DNA of 64,000 nucleotides from contig OZ024753.1 in NCBI GenBank assembly GCA_964016885.1, forward strand, positions 5,146,001 to 5,210,000, read 5' to 3'. Shown here one piece after another: positions 25,041 through 37,699 of the stretch (its first letter is position 1; the number at the start of each line of letters is the position of its first letter). The position numbers and the translations under genes are program-made. Under the pieces are notes generated by a model that was not told where the DNA came from, made no database searches, and worked only from the letters and a program-made list of their open reading frames with translations. The DNA is from Eledone cirrhosa (lineage: Eukaryota).

Positions 25041-25384
25041 CAGAGGTTCTCAAACTTTTGATGCCACCACCCCACTCACGGCCACGTAATACCATCAGTG
25101 CCCCTACCCTTGTTTCTAGATATACCTGCTTACATGCAAATTGTATATAATATATAATAAATAAAATCGTTAATTTATATATAATAAATAATATAATATA
25201 TATTATGTATAAATAAATAATATGTTTTTTATTTCACTATATTTATATATATATATATATATATATGTATCATTTAATATTTAATATACTATTATATCAT
25301 CTCTACCACCTCCTTAGACCACCACCACCCCCGACCTTCTCAATGGCCTCCAGCGGGTAGTAACGCCCACTTTGAGAACCTCTG
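25041..25384. mobile_element. hAT (Charlie-like) MITE
   Basis: Terminal inverted repeats CAGAGGTTCTCAAA / TTTGAGAACCTCTG; perfect 8-bp target duplication ATTTAAAA. Confidence 0.92.
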
Positions 25385-25824
25385 ATTTAAAACAATAGAA
25401 TATGACCTGGCTTTCAGAGACAGGGAAAAGCATTTTGATCATAAGGGCTTGTCTTGTGAATGTAGTCTAGAATGGCAGAAATTGATCAAGATAAAGAATT
25501 CTAAAAATGAAGAAAGTACAATGTAGGGTGTGTTTGAGGTTTCAGTTTGTTATAGTCTGAATATATTCTTGGCAATATTTATTACAGAAGTTAGAGCTAC
25601 GAATTTTTGAGTGACAATGTTTGTGTACATACGTATATATATGTACATATTTATGTATATATATAATTACACACAATAATATATGTATACATATATATGT
25701 ATATATATATATATACATATATATGTGTGTGTGTGCGTGTGTGTGCATGTGTGTGTGTGTATACACATAAAAACAACACTTTATTTAGTACACCCTTATA
25801 CACACACATATATATATATATATT

Positions 25825-25858
<34 letters not shown>

Positions 25859-25908
25859 TATATATATTTATATATTTATATATATTTATATATATATATA
25901 TATACACA

Positions 25909-27553
25909 CATGGTCATGGTCGTGTTGGACAGCTCCAAGATGATCACAATGGGGTACATGTTGGGCATGGTTATGGTTCAAGAAATGAAGAAGGAGTTAG
26001 ATTTCTTGAATTTTGTGATGCAAGTGCACTAACACTAACTTCCAGAAACCTGCCAACCACCTAATAACATACAAATCAGGCAAGCACATAAGCCAGATTG
26101 TGTCAAATACCAAGGCAAACCCTGGGGAAGAATGTACCCCAGAGCACAGGTTAGTCGTTAGTGATATCTCAATAAGCAAGAGATGGAATGAGACATACAG
26201 GAAGGTGTGGAGAAGAAAGGTCTGGAAGCTAAAAGACCTTTCACTAAAATACAAATTTAGGAAAGCCCTTCAAGATGTGTATGGCGAAAAGAGAAGATAA
26301 GCCACTATACTTAGCTTTTGTTGACCTAGAGAAGGCCTTTGATAGGGTACCCTGATCTGTCATCTGGTGGTCCCTAAGGAAACTAGCTGTTGAGGAATGG
26401 CTTGTGAGGACAGTGCAAACTTTGTACAGAGGTGCTGTCAGTAAAGTCAGGGTAGGAATGGAGTTTAATGAGGAATTCCAGATACAAGTAGGAGTACATC
26501 AGGGTTCGGTCCTCAGCCCGCTCTTGTTCATTATAGTCCTCCAAGCCATAACATAGGAGTTTAAGACTGGCTGTCCATGGGAACTTTTCTAGGCTGATGA
26601 TCTCAGTAGAGGAGCTAGGGAATAAATTCTGGCTATGGAAACAGCAGTTGGAAGCAAGAGGACTGAGAGTGAACCTAGCTAAGACAAGAGTGTTGATGAG
26701 TAGAAAAGAGGACAAAACTCTGATTCAGGGAAATGGCCATGTTCGATATGCAGAAAAGGAACTGGCATAAATTCTATAAAATTCACGCAATGCAGATCTT
26801 GGGTACACAAGAGATGTAGTGGGATAGCAGGCAAACTAACAGATAGGGAGAAATATGTATGCAGTAGATGTACAGGGAAATTTGACAGTAGAAGTCGCAT
26901 TGATAGACACATTTTTCAAATGCAGGTGAGTGCTATAGAAGTGGTTGATAGCTTCCGGTACCTAGGTGATCAGATTAGCATGGGAGTATAGAATAAGGAC
27001 AGGTTGGAAGAAGTTTAGGGAGCTGCTTCCTCTGCTGACAAAGAAGGGTTTCTCCCTGTGTATGAAAGCCCGGTTATATGATGCCTGTGTGAGGAGCGCG
27101 ATGCTGCATGGTAGTGAGACATGGGCAGCAACTGCAGAGGATATGCGATGACTGGAGAGAAATGAGGCAAACATGCTCCATTGGATGTGCAATGTCAATG
27201 TGCGTGAACGACCAATCCTGGATGTGTTGAGAGAGAAACTGTGTCTAAAAGGGATAGATTTTAGTGTGTGGGAGAGGAGACTGCGATGGTATGGAAATGT
27301 GATGCGCATGAAGGATGACCGATGGGTGAAGAAGTGCCAGGAAATGCCAGTTGAAGGAAGACGTGGTAGAGGTAAACCACGAAAAATATGGGCAGGGGTG
27401 GGGAGAGCAGACCTCAGATCGCTGAAGCTCACGGTGGAGATAATGAAGAACCGTGACAAGCGGAGAGATACTTTGCTGAATAGGACCCGTCCCACCCTTG
27501 CAAGCATGGAAAAGCGGACGTAAAATGATGATGATGATGATGATGATGATGAT
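25909..27553 (+). mobile_element. Decayed RTE-clade LINE (APE end, RT, Cys-rich finger, C-terminus, (ATG)n tail)
   Basis: Motifs across frames: [82 protein letters not shown]. Contains stops, frameshifts and internal deletions. Confidence 0.95.
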
Positions 27554-27676
27554 ATATATCAACTCTACTTCATCGTCTTCATCCTTACGGGGTCGATAAA
27601 ATAAAGTACCAGTAATACACTGGGATAATTGCTGGCCTTGTGCCAAAAGTAGAAACAATTATTACTATTATCATCA

Positions 27677-27860
27677 TTGGCAGTATTGATAGAGGGCTGG
27701 ATGCCATGCTTCGTAGCATAGAGTAACGAACCTTTACGGTCTGAGTTAAAATCCCACCGATGTTAACTTTGCCTTTCTTCCTTACGGGGTCGAGAAAATA
27801 AAGCACCAGTAATGCACTGGGGTAACTGCTGGCCTTGTGCCAAAAGTAGAAACAATTATT
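27677..27860 (+). mobile_element. Family 2B SINE, with a partial copy at 27580-27660
   Basis: attggcagtatt...gagttaaaatcc...ctttgcctttc...ggggtcga...gccttgtgccaaaagtagaaac(aat/att)n. Confidence 0.85.
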
Positions 27861-28161
27861 ATTATTATTATTATCATCATCATCATCGTTTAACATCCAT
27901 CTTCCACGCTAGCATGGCTATCTTTTAATATTCATTTTCCATACTTTTGATTTAGTAGTATGAATTATACACACATGATGCATGTGTCTGGGTGTATATA
28001 TTTAGAATATACGGGATATATAAATACTTGAATATATATATATAAGTAGATATTTTTACTGAAATAAGTCCAAAATAATATTTATTCCAATACTGTTTAA
28101 CAAGATAAGAGTCAGCTAATGTGTTACAGAATATGTATGTATACATATATATAAATATATG

Positions 28162-28192
<31 letters not shown>

Positions 28193-28214
28193 TGTATGTA
28201 TGTATGTATGTATG

Positions 28215-28252
<38 letters not shown>

Positions 28253-28315
28253 AAGAGAAAGAGAGAGGCTGAGAGAGACATCTCTAATCATGTGATGTTT
28301 ACACACACACACACA

Positions 28316-28364
<49 letters not shown>

Positions 28365-28483
28365 GTAATATTAATGAGAGTAAATTTTTAACTGTAATCC
28401 TTTATCATAATACTTTGATGAGTGATATATATATTATCTGTTCTATTTTTTTTTCCAAGTGACTAGTATTGGTATTTTAATCA

Positions 28484-28583
28484 AACTCTGATGACACCCA
28501 TGGTCTATACTCATTGATCGCCAATTGTTAAATAAAATGATTTGCTATAAGTAGTATAACCTAGGTAGAAACAATTGTCAGTT
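28484..28583 (+). ncRNA. Type I hammerhead ribozyme with extended stem II
   Basis: aact-CTGATGA-(73-nt hairpin including tatact/agtata)-GAAA-CAATTG-TC-agtt. Palindromic CAATTG, GUC triplet, ATTAAA just downstream, lies between TA arrays. Confidence 0.72.
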
Positions 28584-28853
28584 ATTAAATGCCTTGAACT
28601 CTTAAATTCTTTGGTTTGTAAACAAATTGTAACTATATATATATTTATGTGTGTGTAGAGAGAGAGAGAGAGAGGAGGAGATAGAGAAATGTATATATAC
28701 ATTCATTCATAGACCAATATATATACAAATATAAATGATTATTCTCACATATATACAATATACACACACTCACATACATGTAATAACATATCTAAATCAT
28801 CCTAATAATAATCAACATCATTTTACAGCTACTTTAAATGTTTATATATGCGC

Positions 28854-28904
<51 letters not shown>

Positions 28905-29199
28905 CACATGAATTCATACATACAAATGTTTTAGTTTATAAGTATGTACAAGTGAATATATATTACCATTAATATTTATTTTTACAATTTTTCTTCTGAT
29001 AAGAACTGATATAGATGACAAAGTTCCTACTGTTAAAATCTGTACAATAAAATATTTAAATACGATGTTGAACTTGGAGAAAATTCTTACATATTTTGGG
29101 TTCCCATTCATTTGGTTAAATGAGTGGAGTATTTTTCTTTTTCTCTCTCTGCTTATTTTTTCATTTTTTTAATTGATTAGTTAGAGGAAAATCGTCTCA

Positions 29200-29370
29200 G
29201 CCATATGCTTTTTAAGGTCTCTGTGACTATTGGCTGCTACAACCATGTCCTTTTCAAGGTCTCTGTGACTATTGGGAGCAACAACCATGTTCTTTTCAGG
29301 GGCTCTGTGATTATTGGGGGCAACTGTAATGTCCTTTTCAGGATCTCTGAGATTAATGGGACCAACAGTC
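29200..29370. repeat. 42-bp minisatellite x4
   Basis: Unit aaccatgtccttttcaaggtctctgtgactattgggagcaac. Confidence 0.88.
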
Positions 29371-29503
29371 ATGCTACCTTTCTACATGGATGTTGCATAT
29401 GTATGTATATATCATCATCATCGTTTAACGTCCATTTTCCACGCTAGCATGGGTCTGGATATACGTATATATATACATATATATATATATATATAATACA
29501 TAC

Positions 29504-29573
<70 letters not shown>

Positions 29574-30802
29574 GTATATATATATATGTGTATGTATATA
29601 TATATATATATATATAAATATATACATATACAAACATACATACATATGCATGTGTGTGTATGTGTGCACACATATATATGTCTACACATAAGTGAATGCA
29701 TCATATTTAGCTATCATATGCATTTGTTTAAGCATGCACAAAAGTAATTTTATAGCCCCCCACCCCCATCCCTCAAACCTACAATCACACAAACATACAC
29801 ACCAATAATTCTCATGATAACACAAATCCAGTCATGCATACACAAAGATGCATATATTATATTACTATGCATGCTTGCATTCATTTATGCATTCCATTAA
29901 ATTATGCATATCTACATATCTGCATATGTAAATGATTTGTTGTACATATAGAAGCGCCTAGAAATGTTAGCATGATTTGCTTGCGATGTGTGGAGCTGTG
30001 TGGAGCTGGGCAAGGAGAAGAGAAGAAGAATCTATATTTAGCTTTCTGATAAAACATTACATTCCAACCAACACCTCCACGTCATTAGTAAGATTTAAAG
30101 CTTTCTGAAATTATATGATATCTGACCAGACTAGGATCTTGGTGTGAGAAGAAGAAGATTAGTCATTTCCTTCTTACGGAAACATTTTTCTTTCCAATTT
30201 ATTCTTTTTAATTCATTTTAAAATATTTTTTTTTTTTTTTGTTTATACAATGTATAAGTTTCAGCTGGGTTGTATATGTATGTCTAAATTTCTACAGTCA
30301 GATAGGTGGTACACTTATCTATCTGATGATGATGATGATGATGATGATAATGATGATGATAGTATTTCCAGGATCATTCGTGAGCAACTTGCCATTACTA
30401 CCATTATTTTATTCGGAGGTGTTCCCAGTTTAGAAAAGATACACCCCTGCATGATGTAACAAGTGACTAAAAGGGTTGGTGAATCAGCAAAGACACCTGG
30501 CTATAAAACATTGTCTCAAAATGTCTTGTCCAACCCATTCCAGTATGGTGGTGGTGGTGGTGGTGGTGGGGTGGTGGGGTGGTGGTCATAATGGTGGCGG
30601 TGGTGGTTTGGTTGTTGGTAGTGGTGGTAGTGGTGGTGATTGTGATGGTAGTGTTGATGGTGGTGGTGGTGTTGATGGTGGTGGTGGTGGTGGTGGTGGT
30701 GGTGGTGGTGGTGGTGATGAATATGATGAGGCTGAGAAAATCTTGAAACATTAATGAACTAATAATGAATTTAAGAATGTTATTGTAAACAAAGTAAGTT
30801 AT

Positions 30803-31223
30803 CCCTTTAGCATTTCCATTATTCTATATTTACGGTGGATTGGCAGTATCGGTAGAATGTCAGACACCATGCTTTACAGCATAGAGTTATGGACCTTTAC
30901 GTTCTGAGTTCAAATCTTGCCGAGGTTAACTTTGATTTTCATCCTTACAGGGTCGACAAAATAAAGCACCAGTAATGCACTGGGGTAATTGCTGGCCTTG
31001 TGCCAAAAGGAGAAACAATTATTCTATGTTTGCTATTGTATTTTCACAGTAAAGGCTTTACTTTACATCATTATCTCCCATAATATCAAATCTATGAGAT
31101 TTTGATTTTATTTATTTTGAGAACAATACCTTAATGTCAGTATGAGGGGTCAATTATGACCAGTTTAAACAGAAAGAGGGGAAAGAATTCTGGCCAGATA
31201 TGGCCAGTTTAAATACTAAAGGG
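30803..31223. mobile_element. piggyBac-like MITE family 1 interrupted by a family 2B SINE (30834-31017)
   Basis: CCCTTTAGCATTT ... CTAAAGGG-TTAA. The SINE is flanked by a 16-bp duplication attattctat(a/g)ttt(a/g)c. Confidence 0.85.
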
Positions 31224-31341
31224 TTAAAGAACCAATAAGAAAATATAGGAAATCCTTAATTTAAAAGATTAAAATCAAACACTGTTGTGTCATTGATATA
31301 AAATGTTTGAAAAATAAAAGCTGTTCTCTCTATTTACACAG

Positions 31342-31441
<100 letters not shown>

Positions 31442-31889
31442 CATGTGTGTGTGTATGCATGTGTATGTGCATGTGTGTGTGCATGTATGCGTGTATGTGT
31501 GTGCATATGTGTGTATGTGTGTGTATTTGTGTGTGCATGTATGTGGGTGTGCATGTGTGTATGTATGTGTGTGTGTGCGTGTTAAGATTAAGCAATGCAT
31601 GACAAAACATCTGTTAATGTGCACAAAAGCAGCATGCTACTTCAATATTAGCACTGTGCACCTTTGACCTCAGACTGAGTACACAGCAAACACCCTAGGA
31701 AGTGCATCATACTAATATATTTTCAGTAAATTAATTCTTGTATATACCCCTTATCTCTGCCACCCCTCTCCCCACCCTATATCTTCAAAATAAACAACAA
31801 AAAAATACTTTATAAAGACATAAAGACCTAAAAGTGGACCCTTTTGTGTAAGGTTTATAATTCATATGTACTCTTCTTCTTCTTTTTCT

Positions 31890-32165
31890 TCTTCTTTGCC
31901 CACTTATTCCTGAGAGAGTTGTGGGGGCAGAGTCCTGACAGCTCTGTCAGAAGCAACCATTTCCAACTGATCCAACTGGATCCCCCAGCGTGACCAGCCA
32001 AGCTCTTGGATGTTATCCAACCATCTTGCTCGAGGTCTATGATACTTTCCTGAGACATTCTACTAACCACAAGCCCATAGTATTGGAGCAGTGATCTCTC
32101 TATTCTGAGAAGTAGTGGCTTTACCTGCAGTGAGTCTCCGAGCTACACACTTTAACTCTGATCTA
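31890..32165 (-). mobile_element. LINE 3' remnant, homologous to 54660-54985
   Basis: Shared ccacttattcctgag...gggcagagtcct...ctgtcagaagcaaccat...atccaacc.tcttgctcg; (AAG)n-type tail on the minus strand. Confidence 0.7.
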
Positions 32166-32286
32166 CACTTTGTGTAAGGATTATAATTTACATGTACCCT
32201 TTTAATGTAGGATTAAATATTTCTTTTCTTGTATCGTTTTTTTTTTTAGAGGGTACTCTTGTTACCATCATCATCTTAATCATCAC

Positions 32287-32324
<38 letters not shown>

Positions 32325-32384
32325 CAATCATCATCATCGTCATTATCATCATCATCATGACAATCATTATCATCATCAGCAACA

Positions 32385-32826
32385 TCTAGTGACATTATGT
32401 GACATCATGTGACATCCAGTGACATCACATGACATCAGGTGACATCAAGTGACATTATGTGACATACAGTGACATCCAGTGACATCCAGTGACATAGTGT
32501 GAGACCCAGTGACACCCAGTAACATCAAGTGACATCACGTGACATCCAGTGACATCAAGTGACATCATGTGGGATCATGTGACATCCAATGACATCCAAT
32601 GACATCAGGTGACACCCAGTGATATCATGTGACATCCAGTGACATCATGTGGCATCCAGTGAAACCCAATGACATCCAATAACATCAAGCAACATCTAGA
32701 GACATCATATGACATCCAGTGACATCCAGAGTGACATCTAGTGACACCCAGTAACATCCAGTGAAATCACCTGACATCAAGTGACATCCAGTGACATCAT
32801 GTGACATCCAGGGACATCCAGTGACA
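32385..32826. repeat. 10-bp GTGACATCNN satellite (~44 units)
   Basis: gtgacatcca / gtgacatcat / gtgacatcaa repeated. Confidence 0.95.
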
Positions 32827-33204
32827 GTGTTGTATTTCATTAGAAATATGGTAACAATACTGTTAAACATAGCAGTAGTTGATGGTAGGGTGGTAACTGA
32901 GTTGCTCAGAAACAACTCACAATTCCAGTTTTAGCACAATGAATATTGTTTGACATTGTATTAAATTTATAGAATTTACCCACAGGAGAATTATATCTAA
33001 TGGAAAATTAATCTTAAAATGTAATATATATTTTAATAAAGATACTCTTAAATTACTTTTATTACAAAATCTGTGCTCCATAGGCAAATCTTTGCTTACC
33101 AAAATGTTATAACTACAATTCCACTAATAGTGTGTTTGGCTTTGTTTCTTCTACCCCAGCTCATTATTTTCTTGAATTTGCAAATTAGCTTCTGTCTAAT
33201 ACAT

Positions 33205-33470
33205 CTAGTGGTAAGGCTGTTGGATTTGATTTAAGGCTGTTGTGGGTTTGATTCCTAGGCTGGGTTGTGAGTTGTGTTCTTGAGCAAAACACTTCATTTC
33301 ATGTTGCTCCAGTATTCTCAGCTTAAAATGGGTACCAACAATAATTGGGGGTTTAACCCTGCAATGGATTGGTGCCCTGTCCAGGAGGGAGTCTTGTACT
33401 CTCAGTTGCTTCACGCCACAAAACCAAGATAAGCACCAGCCTAACAAGCCTTCTGGCTTGAGTCAGACTT
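33205..33470 (+). mobile_element. tRNA/CORE-like SINE with a different tail
   Basis: tagtggtaagg...gggtttgattcc...gtgttcttgagcaaaacacttcatttc...aaaatgggtacc...accctgcaatgga. Confidence 0.7.
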
Positions 33471-33954
33471 TAATACACCTTTCTGTTGCACCCAAAACTA
33501 AACATTTTGGGGTCAGTCCCTCTTCTCTCTGAAAACCCTCCCCTCTTCATATTTAACTAGAATGTTATGCTCAACAACAACCATATCAAGCTGACCAGTC
33601 TGTGAGGGTCTCAAGATGTTTTATGAACATTGCAAATAAATAAATAAATAAAATAATGTTCACTCTACATTATAACAATATCTAGTGGCCTTGGCAGATT
33701 AAAATAAAATCCATACAAGTCCAGCTTGGTGAAAAGGGCTACTAGAAATATACCAGTATTAAAACAAGACCTACTGAAAGTAAGGATGACCAAAGCAATA
33801 GTGTGTAATGATGTTGAAATACTTGAGATGGTGAACAAGAGTATCTTAATTAAAAGACAGGTTTGGAAGTGAAAGCCCCCCCCCCCCCAGTTCTTGTTGC
33901 TCAAACTGCTCACTCTATCAAATACTATGATTCTTTACACAATGGTGATGATGA

Positions 33955-34295
33955 ATCATCATCATCATCATCATTTTACGTCCACTTTTCCCTGCTTGCA
34001 AGGGTGGGATGGGAACTGATTCTGGCTCGATTTCTACAGATGGATGCCCTTCCTAACACCAACCTCATTTACAGTGAGTGCCGGGTGCTTTTTTTGCCGT
34101 GGCGCCTACACGTCCACTTTACAGTGGAATGATAGGGACACCAGTCCCTATCATCTCATTTCTACAGCTGAGTAAACTGGAGCAATGTGAAATAAAGTGT
34201 CTTGCTCAAGGAAACAACACATCACCCGATCTGAGAATTGAACTCACAACCTTTCGATTGCAAGACCAATGCTCTAACCACTAAGCCATGCGCCT
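33955..34295 (-). mobile_element. Family 1 SINE
   Basis: Homologous to 4885-5214, 8841-9140 and 57005-57345. Confidence 0.88.
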
Positions 34296-34297
34296 TC

Positions 34298-34368
<71 letters not shown>

Positions 34369-34429
34369 CGTGTGTGTGTATAACAGATGTTAGAACGATG
34401 ATGATGAAGATATATATATCTATATATGT

Positions 34430-34547
34430 ATATCCTGGGTTCAATCGGGGGTAACCACAGTAAGTAAGGTACTCAATACATAGTAGAGTATAAATATTCA
34501 ATATAGAAATGGCTTATACAGGACTAGAACTGTTTCATTCGAAGGAG
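34430..34547 (-). mobile_element. Family A hammerhead-bearing element, truncated within the ribozyme
   Basis: tatcctgggttcaatcgggggtaaccacagtaag...caggactagaactgtttcattcgaa is shared with the 42620 and 44585 copies; only the GAAA/stem III half is retained. Confidence 0.75.
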
Positions 34548-35334
34548 AAGGTGGTGATTAGGATGGGTGGAGGTCATTGACCAAGGGATTTTAAGAAGAA
34601 TGATCTTTGAAAAAAATATATTTAAAGAACTATACACAGTACATATATATATGTACACAGTACATATATATATATGTACATATATATATATGTACATATA
34701 TATATATGTACATATATACATATATACACATATATATACATATATACATATATACATATATACCCAGTACATATATCTTGTACTGTGTATATATAGAATT
34801 TGTTGCTTAAACTTGTAATCTGTTATATATATATATATTAGTATATATAAATAAATAACCCTAACCCAAAACTTCATAAAGGAAAAATGGTTTCTAGTAG
34901 TATGTTTCATCGGTAATATATATATTGTCTGATGAAGTTACAAATGAATTTGATAGGAAATGGGTGAGTTGCCCAAATATAAATCTGATGTTGCATACAA
35001 ATTCTAACATTTCGTTTAGTCAACAAAGTAATTTCGATGTTGACATACGACACTTCATCTTAGTAGACTTTATTTTTAAAGTTACTTTTTTTAATATTTC
35101 TGTAAAAAGAATTTTTATGTATGTATATATATAAGGATAGAACCAGTTTAAAACTGGTTAGACCATTACTCAATAGAGTACTCGATACTTGGTATATAAA
35201 GTATGGCTATATTATAAAGAGTTGGGGACCCAATGGCTGAGTTCTTGCTGTTTCAACAGCTAGTTCTGGAAATATCTGTTGAAATGGCAAGAGCTAAGTT
35301 AATGGATTTATATATATATATTATATATTATATA

Positions 35335-35530
35335 TGAAAAGTTCATAGGCTGACTATGAAGGAGTGAAGCTAGGGTTGTGAAATCGTGTAGGCATTAATT
35401 TCAACTCTTCTTACTAATTGTTTCTTCTGAATTGTTTCTTTTCAGGGACTATGTTGAAAAATAAATCTCATTTGGTCATTCCATGAGAGTATCTTGGTCA
35501 GCCTATGAACCTTTCAGCCGACCCTCCTAT
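35335..35530. mobile_element. Mariner-like MITE
   Basis: Inverted termini tgaaaagttcataggctgac / gtcagcctatgaacctttca(gccgaccctccta). Confidence 0.75.
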
Positions 35531-36935
35531 GTTATATTTTTCATAAAATAGATTTAACTCTGAGAAGAGAACTGAGCTGTAAATTCTTCTTTTTCAGTTG
35601 TATATGCTCCACTGTTCAAAATACTGCCAAAATTATTTTGAAATCAACTCTGACCTATACTTTATGTACATTTGGGGCATATAGGCAAATATCTGTAAAT
35701 CATGTCACTATAGACAGCAGTTAGGATGAGGGTGGTGGACATGTTGATGAAGGTGGTGGTGGTGGTGGTTATTTTGATAGTGTCTGGTGGTGGTGGTGGT
35801 GGTGGTGGTGGTGGTGACAGTGTATGTAGTGGTGGTGGTGGTGATGATGATGATTTCAATGAAGGTTTGGGTGTTGGGGTGATAATGATATTAGAAATTG
35901 TGTTTGTGGTGGTTTTAGTTGAAGTTAGGCTTGCAGTGACAGCTGTGGCAACATCTAAAATAATGATTTCAACTATAGGAACAAGGCCAGCAATTTTGGG
36001 GGAGGTGAAAAAGTCGATTAAATCAACCACAGTGCATTACTGGTATTTTATTTTATCGACCTCTGTAAGGATAAAAGATAAGTTAACCTTGACAGGATTT
36101 GAACTCAGAACGTAAAAGTCCATAACTCTTCAAAATACAAGGTATTCACCAGGCATAATTCCAAACTACCAACGAGAGACTACAACGAGACTCTGTACAC
36201 ACAGTTCCCATGACAGTTCACTTCAGTTTTTATTTATAGAGTGTTTGCTTAGTCCACTTTTAGTTACGTGGGGGTATTCAGGGTTTTTTCCCCACAACAC
36301 ATTACCATTCCCAGCAGAACAGTAGAAAGGTTTAATAAGAGATAGAGTTGGATAAGTTGAGAATCTGGGAATAGGATGCAATGAGTAGGTTTCAGTGGGT
36401 GTGAAGTGCAGGCCAGAAAATTCTGAAGATCAAGGTTAGATTATCTTTTTCTTGGCTATGGCTTGGAGTAGAGTGTAACTGTCTATATCTGTCTATAGTA
36501 AGTTTGGATAGTATCAGAGAATTATTTTATTTCTAAACAACTTTATGTTTATATGCCAACAAATATATATTTCTGTGTATTTATTTAGCAAATCATTTAC
36601 GAAACCCAACACTTCTGCTAAGTTATGTTCAGGTTACATTTCAATAATGGTGATCAATGAAGTTATGTTCAGGCTGCATTTCAAAGATGGTGATCAATAA
36701 AGTGGAAACATGTCAGGAGTTGTTTTCAGTACTTGTGGAGAAAAGGTAAAATGATATTAGTCATAACCTAGTAGAGTTCCTTTTTTTTTCTCCCTGCATA
36801 TTTTGTTTTTATTTAGGTTTTTAATTATTAAATAATGGGACAGCCACTTACCCTCTTTTTACCACCAGTTGGTGAAGATGGTAAATACCGCCTGCGAACA
36901 CAATTCATTCACACCTCTACTACCTATATATATAT

Positions 36936-37218
36936 ATATTGTTAAGAAAATGTAAAAGAAACATAAGGACAATTCCCGCTCTTCGGCTGCCTGTTTTTTC
37001 TTCTGATTATTTTCTTTTTCTGTCATTCTCTTTGCTATCTTCTCTGTTTTTTTGTTGTTGTTGTTTCCTTCCCTAATAACTATATCTTGTAGTTATTAAC
37101 ACATTGTGGTGAGATGTACTGTCTTTAATGCATTGAAACATCAGCAACCTACAACAGACAGCCGAAGAGTGGGAATTGTCCTTACGTTTGTGTTTCTCTT
37201 ATATTTTCTAAACAATAT
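36936..37218. repeat. Inverted repeat (~60-bp arms) between TA arrays, Penelope-like remnant
   Basis: taaggacaattcccgctcttcggctgcctgtt versus aacagacagccgaagagtgggaattgtcctta. Confidence 0.8.
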
Positions 37219-37253
37219 TTATTAGTAGCCACACAGTGTTTTGCCACTCTTAA

Positions 37254-37292
<39 letters not shown>

Positions 37293-37699
37293 TTTAACAC
37301 ATGTTAACATGGAAAAATGGTGATGATGATGATAATGATATATATATACACACATATATATATCATTATCATCATCACCATTTAACGTCCTTTTTTTCAT
37401 TCTAACATGGGTTAAACGAGTTGTCCTGTTGTGAGCAATGCCAGGACGGGAGACCTTGTCTTGCTCATACAGAACTGATTTTGGCTCATCATCATCATTT
37501 AATGTCCACTTTCCTCCCTGCTTGCAAGTGTTGGATGGGTCTTCACAGACCAAGTCTGTACTGAAGAGGGCCACTGACAGGCTGTGGATTCACATCTCAC
37601 TTATCTATGGTTTCACATTTTATCAAGTGCATTTTATCATGGCACCAGCATCAATGAGGTTGTCATGTCTCTAACACAACTGTTTGATACCTAAAAGCA

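Noticed and set aside
29181-29447. Repetitive peptide ORFs on both strands
   Set aside because: They arise from a 42-bp unit divisible by three, with no splice or homology support.
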